Assembly: GCA_018304025.1 (NCBI GenBank)
Contig: JAGVXA010000012.1
Location: 1 to 62,434 of the forward strand
Source: Candidatus Pacearchaeota archaeon
Lineage (GTDB): Archaea; Nanobdellota; Nanobdellia; Pacearchaeales; GW2011-AR1
Reading direction: 5' to 3'
DNA length: 62,434 nt
The notes beneath the pieces are model-generated. The model had not been told where the DNA came from. It searched no databases and was given only the letters and a program-made list of their open reading frames with translations. The translations under genes were made by a program, and so were the position numbers. Positions 28,223 to 38,585 of this stretch are shown here, piece by piece (the first letter of the stretch is position 1; each line of letters starts with the position of its first letter).

Positions 28223-29030
28223 TTGAAATTATTTCCTTTCTTGTTAATTCAGTAAGTTTATTAAGATAATTCATAGCAATCTTTTTTTCTAGTTTAGAGG
28301 CGGTGTTGTTTTTTAGATTTGTAAGAAGATTTATTCCTATTTGTTCAATTAGCTTTTTGTAAAGAAGAGTATTATCTATAACGCCTTTTAATAATAATCT
28401 GACTAAAATGGTGTTTCTTATCGCGTGATATATTTCGTTTCCTTCAGAATGCTCGTCGACAATGTCGCTCCAATCTAATTTCATCCGCAAGTCTATTCTA
28501 GTTAGTTTTATTTTTTTTGGTATTTTTATATTTCCGTAAATTATTCTGCAGTCTTTGAGCTGGTAAATCAATGATGGGTTGTGGGGATACTGCTGGTAGA
28601 AAGAAACTTTGTCAACAATTTGTATATCTAGCGGAAGGTTTAGAAATTTTGCGTTTTCTGTCAATGAAGAAATAATCTTGTGTTTTTCACTGGACTTTTT
28701 CCACAATTTCTTTTTTGTTATTATTAATATATCGATGTCTTTGTAAGATTTGTAATTTGAATGAACTGCTGAGCCGTAAATAATAATCGAATCTATGCTT
28801 TTTAGATTTTGGAGAATCATCTGTTTTATTTTGTTTTCTATCGAGGGTGCTTTTTGATTGTAGGAAATTCTTTCTAATAGCTCTTTCGCGTTAATACTTT
28901 CAATTTCTTTTAATTTTGGTCTTACAAATCTGCTGAGATAATTTGAATCTTGCTGGTTTAGCTTTTGGTTTTGCAACTTCTTTTTTATTACTTCCAGTTC
29001 TCTGTTTGTCAGGATTGTGCTTTTTATCAT
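28209..29030 (-). CDS. Minimal nucleotidyltransferase (MNT) domain protein
   Basis: IIYGSAV...KDIDILI, LDIQIV. Confidence 0.8.
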   Translation of the reverse strand: MIKSTILTNRELEVIKKKLQNQKLNQQDSNYLSRFVRPKLKEIESINAKELLERISYNQKAPSIENKIKQMILQNLKSIDSIIIYGSAVHSNYKSYKDIDILIITKKKLWKKSSEKHKIISSLTENAKFLNLPLDIQIVDKVSFYQQYPHNPSLIYQLKDCRIIYGNIKIPKKIKLTRIDLRMKLDWSDIVDEHSEGNEIYHAIRNTILVRLLLKGVIDNTLLYKKLIEQIGINLLTNLKNNTASKLEKKIAMNYLNKLTELTRKEIISNGKK

Positions 29031-29119
29031 ATAATAGATATAGTTATTAGGTGGTATTTAAGGTTTTTGGGGTTTTTTAGAAGAGAGTTTTATGAAAGAA
29101 AAGTTTAGAATAATAAAAA

Positions 29120-29269
29120 TCCCCCCACCCAGATTCGAACTGGGGATCTTCCGGGGTCTGCTTTCGCAAACCGTTCAATGGCCGGCTTGTCACGTTTCAT
29201 TCTAATCCAACAGGAATGTCCACGCTAGTTTTCTACAGCCAGACGCTCTAACCACTGAGCTATGGGAGG
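29120..29269 (-). tRNA. tRNA-Tyr(GTA) with 77-nt intron (29156-29232)
   Basis: CCTCCCA/TGGGGGG acceptor stem; CTGT pairs with intron GCAG, AC|C bulge. Confidence 0.92.
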
Positions 29270-29357
29270 ATATTGAGATTAGGAGAATTAGGTTATTAAA
29301 GGTTTTTGGTTTGAAGGATTAGATTTGTCGGGTAGACAAAATTAGGAAGTTAATTTT

Positions 29358-29633
29358 TTACTTACTCTTTGAAACTACACTTTCAAATGTTTCTCTTGCA
29401 TAACTGTAAAGCTCAGTCACATCTATTTTTTTAGCTAAACTTCTTGATAATTTTGTTTGGAACTCTGGTATATCAACATTATTTAGTTTTTGATAAATTG
29501 CTCTAGCTTCTTCAACTGTGCTTTGTCTGTAGGTGTCTCTGATATTATGTATAGCTTCAACTATGCTAACGTAACTCTTAGCAATTTCTGCTACTTCTTC
29601 TTCTGTATAAACTCTTGTATGTCCGTATCTCAC
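29358..29633 (-). CDS. Hypothetical protein
   Basis: 91-aa helical-looking ORF. Confidence 0.5.
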   Translation of the reverse strand: MRYGHTRVYTEEEVAEIAKSYVSIVEAIHNIRDTYRQSTVEEARAIYQKLNNVDIPEFQTKLSRSLAKKIDVTELYSYARETFESVVSKSK

Positions 29634-29735
29634 AAAAGGTGCTGTTTACATCCGTATTTAAATTTTTTTGTTATTCTTTCTTAGAAATTAAACTAAACCG
29701 CATAAAGGTTCTTGGTTCATAAATAAAAAATAAAA

Positions 29736-30074
29736 TTATCTTCGCTTTTTTCTGTTTGGCATTGCCTTTGCTCTTGCCTTCGGTGACATTTTCATCCAGG
29801 TTTTTCTTGCGTGCACTGCTTTTTTGGCGAGTTGTTTTTTCGTGCGCAGTTTTGAATCGGTCCAGCCGTATTTTGTTTTTTTGGCGACGACATAATGATG
29901 CCCTTTTCTGCCGACGTCAATAGTCACGTAGCTTCCGACAGGCAATTTTTTTGAAGGGTGCTTGTTTTTCGGAGGCATTGCTTTCTGCCTTGAAGTCGGC
30001 GACATGTTCATCCATTTCTTTCTTGTTTTATTCAAAGCTTTTCTTCTTGCTGTGGTGAATACGTATTCTTCCAT
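29736..30074 (-). CDS. Small, very basic protein with an internal repeat
   Basis: AAGGAGG SD; RKKWMNMSPTSRQKAMP / RKTWMKMSPKARAKAMP. Confidence 0.75.
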   Translation of the reverse strand: MEEYVFTTARRKALNKTRKKWMNMSPTSRQKAMPPKNKHPSKKLPVGSYVTIDVGRKGHHYVVAKKTKYGWTDSKLRTKKQLAKKAVHARKTWMKMSPKARAKAMPNRKKRR

Positions 30075-30140
30075 ATGGTTCCCTCCTTTAATGATAAATA
30101 TAAACAAGGGAGATTTATAAGGGTTTTCAATTAATAAAAT

Positions 30141-31511
30141 CTAACGACTTTCTGTCGTATCACTCACAAAGAAAACTTTATCCGAGAGAATGTGATATAA
30201 TTTGCCGTCGTGCTCGAATGAGGCTGCTGCTGCGGGCAATTCAAACCTGCCGAATGTTTGAATTTTTGAGTAAATGATATACGAAAATACTCTTGTTTCT
30301 CCGGAATTTAGTCTTGGAATTTTCCAAGAGAGTTTTTTTCCGCCTGCAGCGACGGCGTCTGGCTTTGTGCCCGGCCCCTCGTAAAGTTTTGCCATCGCAG
30401 GCAGAGTGTCTGTAATTTGAATGTTGTCAATATGCTTTTTAGCTGTTACGTGCAGATGAACTTTAAGCGCGAATTCCCCGCCCTTTGTCCTGACGTGAGA
30501 AACTTTTTTGATGACTGACAGGTAAGAGCGCGTGTAATACTTGAGGCACAAGACAATAATGACTAACAAAGCCAAAACTAAAAAAGGAAACGTGTAATTA
30601 GTTGTTGACTCGACGACTAAAGATTCGTTCGGTCCAAGATTTTTGCTCCATAAATAGGTTGTGGCTAATCCTGTTCTTTCCACACTGGAATGCAGGGGGG
30701 AATTTACGGTGAACAGCCTCGACAAAACGTCTTTTTTGATTTCAACTTCAGCTGTCACGGGGATATTGCCGACGTTTGTTTTTGTGACAGTTGTTTTTCT
30801 TATTATAAAACCTCCAGAAACTTTTTCAACACTAAGCCCTTCTTTTTCCAGATAATCAATTACTCCCTCAATTTTACCTTCGGCTCCGCCCGGAGTTTCA
30901 ACTTCAGCTGTCAATGTGTAGGGGCCGGCAACTATTTTTTTTGTATTTTTTGTTATCGGAATTGAGAGAGTTGTTTCTTGGTACGGGGAAAGAGAGATTA
31001 TTTTTTTCTCTTCGAAGAATATTGATTTCAAATTTATTGTTGTATTTTCTAAATATGTATTCTCTTTGTTTTCGATTGTTACCTTGGCTTCTGATTCTTC
31101 AGGAGATAATTGGATTTTTTTTATTTGGACAGCTTTTTTTAAGGGAACAACTTTGAGCAATAATTCGTCTTTGAAAATTCCGGATTTCTGTCCGTAAATC
31201 TGATATTCAAGGTTTAGAAAACCGCCGATTTCTCTTAATTTTTCGTTTGGATTGGCTGTAATTTTAATTGTTGTTTTTCCCGCTGGCAGTTCAAAGAATC
31301 CCTCCGGCAGAATTGACATTCCGACTAGAGAATAGATTTGAAATTTTTCTGCTGCGCCTTTATTATTTATCACGAACTCAAAAAACGCCGGATTGTCCAG
31401 TTCTGCGATTACAACAGAGCCCTTGTCTATTTTTTCTACTTCTAAATTTGGAAGGGCATTAATAACTGGTAAAATTAGGAGAATCACCAAGAAAATAAAG
31501 ATTTTTTTCAT
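30141..31511 (-). CDS. Membrane-anchored Ig-fold (DUF11/CARDB-like) protein
   Basis: Signal peptide, internal TM, ITDTLP, LSWKIPRLNSGE..VFSY. Confidence 0.7.
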   Translation of the reverse strand: MKKIFIFLVILLILPVINALPNLEVEKIDKGSVVIAELDNPAFFEFVINNKGAAEKFQIYSLVGMSILPEGFFELPAGKTTIKITANPNEKLREIGGFLNLEYQIYGQKSGIFKDELLLKVVPLKKAVQIKKIQLSPEESEAKVTIENKENTYLENTTINLKSIFFEEKKIISLSPYQETTLSIPITKNTKKIVAGPYTLTAEVETPGGAEGKIEGVIDYLEKEGLSVEKVSGGFIIRKTTVTKTNVGNIPVTAEVEIKKDVLSRLFTVNSPLHSSVERTGLATTYLWSKNLGPNESLVVESTTNYTFPFLVLALLVIIVLCLKYYTRSYLSVIKKVSHVRTKGGEFALKVHLHVTAKKHIDNIQITDTLPAMAKLYEGPGTKPDAVAAGGKKLSWKIPRLNSGETRVFSYIIYSKIQTFGRFELPAAAASFEHDGKLYHILSDKVFFVSDTTESR

Positions 31512-31709
31512 GGTATAAGATGTAAGGGGGAATTATATAAATATTGCTGTACTAATTTGTCCCTACATAAATATGACTATTTTGTGGCGCAAATTTAGTG
31601 CGCCGAATTATTAATAATGACTACGGTAATTAATATAGATATATTTGTTAAAATTGTTCACGTTGTTTATAGAATTTTAAAAAAGATTAAGGTTATGCAG
31701 AAATGCTAC

Positions 31710-32210
31710 TTATCTTTTTCCGATTAAATCGAGAAAACTTTTGAGTTCTTCTTTGAAACTTCTGACGTCGTCTTCTACTTTGCCTTTCATGCTGTTTACT
31801 CTTGCGGGAATCAAGTATTTGTTGTATATTTCTCTGAGGAATCTCCATTGCGGAGAGGTTTCCCATTTGCTGTCGTAATCTTTTACGAGCGTGCCCTTTA
31901 TTTCAGCTCCGATTGTCCCCTTGTTCATTTTCTTTTTTTCTCCGTCGATTTCTACTTCGACTTCTGTCATTCCCCAAACTTCGAATGTTATGTCCAATTC
32001 GATTTTGAAGTAATCAGAAATAGCTTTTGTTGCGGCCCATTCTATTCTCAAATCTCTGGCGTTGCCCTTTACTTTTTCAGAGTATTTTTTTTCATTGACT
32101 CCGTATTTCTGCTCTTTGAACCAGGAATGCGCGAATGAATAAAATCCTGCGAAGTCAAACAACCCGCTATGCTCCACTTTCTCTTTTAAAACCGCATCTT
32201 TATCTGTCAT
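31710..32210 (-). CDS. Conserved-looking hypothetical archaeal protein
   Basis: 166-aa ORF; DY.SKWE..P...FLREIY.KY. Confidence 0.7.
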   Translation of the reverse strand: MTDKDAVLKEKVEHSGLFDFAGFYSFAHSWFKEQKYGVNEKKYSEKVKGNARDLRIEWAATKAISDYFKIELDITFEVWGMTEVEVEIDGEKKKMNKGTIGAEIKGTLVKDYDSKWETSPQWRFLREIYNKYLIPARVNSMKGKVEDDVRSFKEELKSFLDLIGKR

Positions 32211-32263
32211 CTTTTTGCTGGTGTTAATTGGGGAGGGAGATATTTAAAGATTGCCCTTACGAA

Positions 32264-32587
32264 GGCTTTGTTGAAAATATTTTTTAGAGTTATCTTGCTC
32301 CCCACCCACTCGCGATCACGTTCGTCATTTGCTTGTTTTTTACTCGAACGTGATGCGCTCGCCACGCCCTACTTGTCCAAATCTTCTTCGCTTCGCTCAG
32401 AAGAAAAACTTTCGTTTTTCATTCGTCCGCCAAGATGTCGAACGAAAGATTTGGTTATTTGGTGCAAGATAACTAAATTAAATTGGATTTCGGCGCGAAT
32501 TGTCGTAACAGTGCGTAATTTGTTAGAAATTCACTTCGTGAATTTCGCGCGCCGAAATTAATTGTTTTTGACTTTTTCAACAAAGCC
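32264..32587. mobile_element. MITE (324 bp) with IS903/IS5-like TIRs, 9-bp TSD and nested hairpin modules
   Basis: GGCTTTGTTGAAAA...TTTTCAACAAAGCC; CCTTACGAA at 32255-32263 and 32588-32596; 3' part nearly identical to 4464-4586. Confidence 0.9.
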
Positions 32588-32589
32588 CC

Positions 32590-33519
32590 TTACGAAGAAT
32601 CGATTAAGGTGATTTCCGCCTGATTATTTTCTTTTGACAATTCTTTTTCGTCTGCCTGCACAATAAACGCGATCTTTTCTGTGTTTCTTGGAATTTTCAA
32701 ATTGGTAGCTGTTAATTTCACGCTAAGGCCTATTTCGAGAGCTTGGATATCGAATGTTTTAATTTCTTCATTATTTGCAGTTAAAACGAGCGTTGAGTTT
32801 TCTGAATTTTCTATTCCTTGGTTGGATATTACCACTTCGAAATCCAGATAGTTTCTTATTTTTGCTGCCTTGGCTGTTTCAATTGTCAAGTCGGGGAGAG
32901 AAGGTTCTGAATAAATTCTTGCGATTTCGTCGACGATTTCCTGGCCAATTATTTGTTCGCATCCTGTTTCCGGGTACATTATGCTTTGGGTATTTGAATT
33001 GTGGTCAAATCCCAGAGCGTGAAGGACTTCGTGTATTGCTACTTGCGGAGTATCGCAACTTTCCGGGCGATACAACGAAATCTTGCCTGCTAGAATAACT
33101 GCGTAATTTGTGGCGTTGATAATTTCGGACGGGCCTCCTTCTCCTGCGATGAAATAGTTTTCCTGTTCTGAAGTTGGCTCGACGTTAGAGCACATTACTA
33201 CAATTTCTGGGTTTTTATTTTGCTCTTGAAATGAAAGGATTGTTTTTTCCTGAATTATCGCAAACGCTTCTTCTGCATCGTTTTTCTTTTTTTGCGAGCA
33301 TACCGGCTCGATGTAATAAGTAATTTCTTTATTCTTGTATCTCATATTTGGATAAAACTGCGAGCTTTGCGCCGGGAATTGATAAGTGATATTCTTATGA
33401 TACGGATTAAATTCCATTGATTCTGCGGGAAGAGCCATCCAAAGAAAATACATTCCTATTCCCAGTCCTGCAAATAAGATTATAAGGAGAACGAAAAGCA
33501 AGAAAGTTGAAAACCTCAT
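32590..33519 (-). CDS. Matrixin-like (M10) metalloprotease with C-terminal CARDB domain
   Basis: HEVLHALGFDH, SIMYP; PDL.I..., V.ISNQG, ELSKENN. Confidence 0.85.
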   Translation of the reverse strand: MRFSTFLLFVLLIILFAGLGIGMYFLWMALPAESMEFNPYHKNITYQFPAQSSQFYPNMRYKNKEITYYIEPVCSQKKKNDAEEAFAIIQEKTILSFQEQNKNPEIVVMCSNVEPTSEQENYFIAGEGGPSEIINATNYAVILAGKISLYRPESCDTPQVAIHEVLHALGFDHNSNTQSIMYPETGCEQIIGQEIVDEIARIYSEPSLPDLTIETAKAAKIRNYLDFEVVISNQGIENSENSTLVLTANNEEIKTFDIQALEIGLSVKLTATNLKIPRNTEKIAFIVQADEKELSKENNQAEITLIDSS

Positions 33520-33569
33520 ATCAAATCATATATAGAGGATTTTATAAAGTTAATCTCACTTAACTAAAC

Positions 33570-33974
33570 ATGAAATACGAATTTTTAGAACACACTGCTG
33601 ACGTTAAATTCCGGGCTTACGGGAAAAACTTGGGAGAATGTTTTGAAAATGTTATTTTAGCATTCAGCGAAATTATTGCAAAGGGCAACAAGATAACTCC
33701 GACGGAAGTTAGGAATATTTCTGTCAAGGGAATTGACAAGAAAAGTCTTTTTTATAAATTTTTGGAGGAGTTGAATTATTTGGCGGAGGGCGGGTTTGTT
33801 GTTTGCTCGGGGAAAGTTAATGTGACGGGGAATTCTCTGAAAGCTAAATTGTATGGAGATTCTGCGGGGAATTATTCTGGTTTGGGAGAGGTAAAAGCTG
33901 CGACTTATGCCGAGATGAGGATTAGCAAGAAGAGCGCTAAGAGATGGCTTGTGCAGGCTGTGCTGGATGTCTGA
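33570..33974 (+). CDS. Archease
   Basis: YEFLEHTADV, EVKAATY, C-terminal VLDV. Confidence 0.92.
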   Translation: MKYEFLEHTADVKFRAYGKNLGECFENVILAFSEIIAKGNKITPTEVRNISVKGIDKKSLFYKFLEELNYLAEGGFVVCSGKVNVTGNSLKAKLYGDSAGNYSGLGEVKAATYAEMRISKKSAKRWLVQAVLDV

Positions 33975-34011
33975 TAACAAGTTTTAAAACCTTCTATTTC
34001 TCTGATTTTTT

Positions 34012-34689
34012 ATGAAACTTTATCACGAGGATATGCCGGAAGAAGCAGAAGTTGCAGCCGCTGCTTTAGAAGAGGTTTATGGAATAAAAAGCAATTTAGA
34101 AAAGATAGAATTGGATGGCGTTTTTACTCCTCTGCCTGAATTTGATGGTTTTCAATCGTCCTCACAACAAATCAGCCAGCATTTAGATTTGGGAAAAGGC
34201 AAATCTGTTTTGGTATTAACACCGAGAGATATATATTATAATAATAAAAGTAAACTAGATGATTGGATTTTTGGATATAGCAATATTTTCGGTTTAAATG
34301 TTGTTAGTTCAGCTAGGATGAAGGGTTTTGATAGTTCCCCAAGCAGAGAATTGGTTGTGCCTAAAAATGTTTTTTTGGGAAGATTGCTGCAAGTAGTTGT
34401 ACATGAAATTGGACACGATGTTGTTCACGGAAAGCATTTTAAGAAGACTTATTGGGTGAACACAAAAAAAGGTTATAAACTTCCGTTAGGCTCTCATTGT
34501 TCTGATAATCGGTGCGTGATGTATGAAGTTGTAGATATAAACGCACCTCCCCGAGAGGAAGGGCATATGAAACTGGGAAATGAGAAGAAGTATGATACTG
34601 GACTTGATGAAACGATTAAAAGGAGATATCCAGAATGGTTTTGCAACGATTGCAGGTCTTCAGTCCGGATTACTGGTTCTTATAGTTAA
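34012..34689 (+). CDS. Archaemetzincin-like (M54) zinc protease
   Basis: VVS.AR, HEIGH, HC...CVM, FC..C. Confidence 0.65.
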   Translation: MKLYHEDMPEEAEVAAAALEEVYGIKSNLEKIELDGVFTPLPEFDGFQSSSQQISQHLDLGKGKSVLVLTPRDIYYNNKSKLDDWIFGYSNIFGLNVVSSARMKGFDSSPSRELVVPKNVFLGRLLQVVVHEIGHDVVHGKHFKKTYWVNTKKGYKLPLGSHCSDNRCVMYEVVDINAPPREEGHMKLGNEKKYDTGLDETIKRRYPEWFCNDCRSSVRITGSYS

Positions 34690-34736
34690 TTTAGATTTAT
34701 AACAAGACTTAAATGTTATAGTTTCTTTTGGATTAA

Positions 34737-36131
34737 ATGGGAAACATTCATGAAATAAAACAGACGGGGAAGATGCTTGTGCCTGGAATTGTTTTTGCGT
34801 CGGATAAACTTTTTGAAGATATGAAAAAAGACAAGACGCTTGAACAAGTTAAAAACGTAGCTCAGCTTCCAGGAATTATCGACAAAAGCATTGCGATGCC
34901 TGACGCGCATGAGGGCTATGGATTTTGTATTGGTGGTGTTGCTGCTTTTGACGTCGAGAAAGGAGTTGTTTCTCCGGGCGGCGTTGGATATGATATTAAT
35001 TGCTCGGTTCGGCTGCTTCGGACTAATCTAAAATCTTCTGATGTCAAAAACTGGAAAGAAATTTTGCATTCGCTTTTTCGTTGCGTGCCGTCTGGTGTCG
35101 GGCAGGGCTCGAAATTAAAATTAAGCGACGCGGAACTTAATGAAGTTTTGAGCAACGGCGCGCAGTGGGCTGTTGAAAAAGGATACGGCGTTAAGGAAGA
35201 TTATTTGCATACAGAAGATGAAGGGAGATTGAATGGGGGGAATCCGAAAGATATTTCGCAAAGGGCTCGGGCTAGAGGGAAAGGGCAGTTGGGGACATTG
35301 GGGGCGGGGAATCATTTTTTGGAAATTCAAGTTGTTGATGAAGTTTTTGACGAGGAGATTGCTAAAACATTTGGATTGAAAAAAGGAGAAGTTACAATAA
35401 TGGTTCATTGCGGCTCTCGGGGGCTTGGGCATCAAGTTGCTTCGGATTACATTCAAGAGATGGAGAAGAAGATTGGAGTTGCTGGATTGCCGGATAGAGA
35501 ATTAGTCAATGCGCCGATTAAATCTGAACTCGGCGGAAAATATTTATCGGCGATGGCGTGCGCTGCGAATTTTGCGTTTGCGAATAAACAATTAATTACG
35601 CATTGGATTAGAGAGGATTTGAAGCATTATTTTCCGAAGATAAAAATTGAAGTTGTCTATGATGTCTGCCATAATATTGCTAAATTCGAGAAGCATTTTG
35701 TTGATGGGCATGATAAAGAAGTTTTGGTTATGAGGAAAGGAGCTACTCGGGCTTTTGGACCTGGGCGGGCGGAGATTCCTGCGGATTATCGTTCAGTTGG
35801 ACAGCCTGTTATTTTACCTGGCTCGATGGGAACTTCTTCTTATGTTTTAGTTGGTACTAAGGAATCTGAAAAATTAAGCTGGGGTTCGACAGCGCATGGC
35901 GCAGGGAGATTGATGAGCCGCTCTGCTGCGAAGAAAAAATTGAATGCAGGCGATGTTAAACGGAAGATGAGTGAGCAGGGGATTATTTTGGAGTCTGGTT
36001 CTACTGCTGGAATTGTTGAAGAAGCTGCTGAGGCGTACAAAGATGTTGATGAAGTTGTGCGGGTGTCTGATGAGTTGGGGATTGGGAAAATGGTTGTTAG
36101 ATTAAAGCCGTTGGCTGTGATGAAGGGATAA
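34737..36131 (+). CDS. rtcB: RNA-splicing ligase RtcB
   Basis: MPDAHEGYG, GYDINC, GNHFLE, HCGSRG, HNIAK, RKGAT, PGSMG, AHGAGR. Confidence 0.97.
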   Translation: MGNIHEIKQTGKMLVPGIVFASDKLFEDMKKDKTLEQVKNVAQLPGIIDKSIAMPDAHEGYGFCIGGVAAFDVEKGVVSPGGVGYDINCSVRLLRTNLKSSDVKNWKEILHSLFRCVPSGVGQGSKLKLSDAELNEVLSNGAQWAVEKGYGVKEDYLHTEDEGRLNGGNPKDISQRARARGKGQLGTLGAGNHFLEIQVVDEVFDEEIAKTFGLKKGEVTIMVHCGSRGLGHQVASDYIQEMEKKIGVAGLPDRELVNAPIKSELGGKYLSAMACAANFAFANKQLITHWIREDLKHYFPKIKIEVVYDVCHNIAKFEKHFVDGHDKEVLVMRKGATRAFGPGRAEIPADYRSVGQPVILPGSMGTSSYVLVGTKESEKLSWGSTAHGAGRLMSRSAAKKKLNAGDVKRKMSEQGIILESGSTAGIVEEAAEAYKDVDEVVRVSDELGIGKMVVRLKPLAVMKG

Positions 36132-36203
36132 GATTATTTGGATAGAACCAGAAATTTTTATGGAGAGAATAATTAGTGAATTAACATCGAGAAATTAATC
36201 TTT

Positions 36204-36346
36204 CTCGGCGCGCAAATTGGACTTGCATAAGAACACCTTCTCGGTTTTCTTACCAACTTTCCCCTTGCGATACTGCTCATGGCTGATTCTTGCGGCTGGC
36301 AAGTCTTATTGTTAACAGCTCACTCCGTTCGCTGGTGCGCACCGAG
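36204..36346 (+). repeat. Stem-loop element, long variant
   Basis: CTCGGCGCGC..AATTGGAC...GGCAAGTCTTAT...GCGCACCGAG; middle shared with 52780-52875. Confidence 0.75.
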
Positions 36347-36448
36347 CAATTTCCGAGAATTTTGTCATAACGAGATTAAATTAGATTAGGTTTATAGCAA
36401 ATAGAAATTTCCGAGAATTTAATTAGACAATTAATTTGAAGCGACAAA

Positions 36449-37717
36449 TTAAATATTCTGAGTTATCTGAATCGGAGCGCTTATTTTCTGCATCGGATTC
36501 GCTATCGTCGGCATCGGCTCTCTTTCCGGAAGTTTTTCAAGATATGTTTTTGGGATGTTTATTATTTTATTGAATAATTTTCCGTATTCAATCGCGACGT
36601 TTTTCCATGTCATCTGCCTTGTGTACTGGTATGCGTTTTTTTCTATTTCTTTTAATTTTTCTTTGTCTGAAAGAAGTTCGATTATCGCGCTTGAGAATTC
36701 TTCCGGCTTTTTGAAATTAACTAATCGCCCTCTTTTGTAGTTTATAATATCTCTTGCGTGCAAGAATTTCGTCGAGACTACGGCTCTTCCGACTCCCATT
36801 GCATTCACTAGCGTGCCGGAAGTAATCTGGCCTTTTGTCAGCGACGGAGAAATATAAATGTTGCTTGCTTTTAGATACTGGATTATTTCGTCTTGGGTTA
36901 TATATTTGTTGTAGAATTTTACATTTTCCTGGACTCCTCTTTTTTTTGCTCTTTCTTTCAGCCAGGTTCTGTACGCTTCTCCTTCTTCTTCTCTTACTCT
37001 CGGATGAGTTTCACCAATGATTAAATAAAGGAGATTTGGGAACTGATTGACAACTTCCGGCAATGCGTCAATAACGTGCTCATATCCTTTGTTTCGGCTC
37101 ATTAATCCAAAGGACGAGAGAATTATTTTATCTTGATAACCTAGAACTGTTTTTTCTTTCAGCTGCGGTTCGAAAGAAGTGCTTGGAATTCCGTGAGGGA
37201 TTAGATATATCGGCGTGCTTACATTGTATTTTTTTCGGAGCAATTTAATCCCGCTTTTTGTCATGACGACGATTCCCTGAACTCTGTCCGCGATTTCTCT
37301 TACGACTTTTATCATTCTCTCGTCGGGATTAGGAACAACGCTGTGGAATGTTACGACTGTCGGCTTTTCTAATAGCTCTAAGAACGCTAAAAGATTGTCT
37401 CCGAACTCTCCGCCGAACAAACCGAACTCGTGCTGGATAGAAACAAATTTTATTTCTGGAGTGTTATTTATTTTTTTTGCTTTCTCAATATAGTCTGCCA
37501 TGTCGTTGTCAACTATCTGGAACATAATTTTTGTGGAGTAGTTGTAAATGTTTTCGTTGTCGTTGATTGCGAGGATTTTTGTTTCAATAATCGGAGAAAA
37601 TCTTTTGTCGACGGCATCTGTCAAATCTTTTGTGAATGTTGCGATTCCGCATTCTCTTGGGGGGAATGTTCCCATGAATAAAATTATCGGTGCGTTAACT
37701 ATGGCCTCTTTTTCCAT
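36449..37717 (-). CDS. GT4-family glycosyltransferase
   Basis: TFPPRECGIATF, QHEFGLFG, FGL..NKGYE, SGTL..AMG.G.AVVST. Confidence 0.9.
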   Translation of the reverse strand: MEKEAIVNAPIILFMGTFPPRECGIATFTKDLTDAVDKRFSPIIETKILAINDNENIYNYSTKIMFQIVDNDMADYIEKAKKINNTPEIKFVSIQHEFGLFGGEFGDNLLAFLELLEKPTVVTFHSVVPNPDERMIKVVREIADRVQGIVVMTKSGIKLLRKKYNVSTPIYLIPHGIPSTSFEPQLKEKTVLGYQDKIILSSFGLMSRNKGYEHVIDALPEVVNQFPNLLYLIIGETHPRVREEEGEAYRTWLKERAKKRGVQENVKFYNKYITQDEIIQYLKASNIYISPSLTKGQITSGTLVNAMGVGRAVVSTKFLHARDIINYKRGRLVNFKKPEEFSSAIIELLSDKEKLKEIEKNAYQYTRQMTWKNVAIEYGKLFNKIINIPKTYLEKLPEREPMPTIANPMQKISAPIQITQNI

Positions 37718-37826
37718 GTGGTTGTTAAAGAGAGCGGAGTTTTAAAACCTTGCGTTATGCGGAGACGAAATTATTTTTTAATAAGATTTAAAACTTGGTT
37801 GAACTAATTAAATTAAAGAAAAGACG

Positions 37827-38561
37827 ATGGCAATTAATAAATTAATTATTTTAAAGAACAAAGAGGAGGCGGCTAGGCGCGCTGCAGAAATTTTTGTCGA
37901 GGCGATTCAACGAAAACCTAATCTTGTTTTAGGCTTGCCGACGGGAAAAACGTTTGTTCCGATTTATCGCGAGATTGTTAAATTGTGCGGGAAAAAGAAA
38001 ATTAGCTTTGCTGGAGTTAAAACTTTCAATTTGGATGAATATTTTGGTTTGAAATTTGGAGACAAAAGAAGTTTTAGATATTATATGAATAGAAATTTTT
38101 TTAGCAAGGCTGGTATGGGGGAAGGAAAGATATTCATGCTAAACGGCGACGTTAAAGATTTTCGGAGAGAATGCTTGGATTACGAGCGGGAGATTAGAAA
38201 AGCCGGCGGAATTGATTTATTGTTTTTGGGTATTGGTTTGAACGGACATATCGGCTTTAACGAGCCGGGCTCTTCGTTTGCAAGCAGAACTCGACGAGTT
38301 AAATTAACAGAGAGCACGCGGAAATCAAATGCTGTCGGAGTTCCTGGTTATGCTTTGACGATGGGGATTGGAACTATTTTGGGGGCGCGGAAAATTGTTT
38401 TAGTAGCGACGGGAAGAAATAAATCTTTGGTTGTTCGGAAAATTATTAATGGAGAAATTACTACAAGAGTTCCGGCTTCTGCTTTGAGGAGACATAAAAA
38501 TACGACAGTGATATTGGATAAAGATGCTGCTTCTGGCTTGAAGAATAATAAGAAGATTTAA
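37827..38561 (+). CDS. nagB: Glucosamine-6-phosphate deaminase
   Basis: LGLPTG, FNLDEY, GIG.NGHIGFNEPG, TMGIGTI, PASAL..H. Confidence 0.93.
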   Translation: MAINKLIILKNKEEAARRAAEIFVEAIQRKPNLVLGLPTGKTFVPIYREIVKLCGKKKISFAGVKTFNLDEYFGLKFGDKRSFRYYMNRNFFSKAGMGEGKIFMLNGDVKDFRRECLDYEREIRKAGGIDLLFLGIGLNGHIGFNEPGSSFASRTRRVKLTESTRKSNAVGVPGYALTMGIGTILGARKIVLVATGRNKSLVVRKIINGEITTRVPASALRRHKNTTVILDKDAASGLKNNKKI

Positions 38562-38585
38562 TAAATTGTATTAATACTAATTTGA

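Noticed and set aside
32268..32561. 97-aa ORF inside the MITE
   Set aside because: No transposase motifs; it is a chance frame through palindromic DNA.
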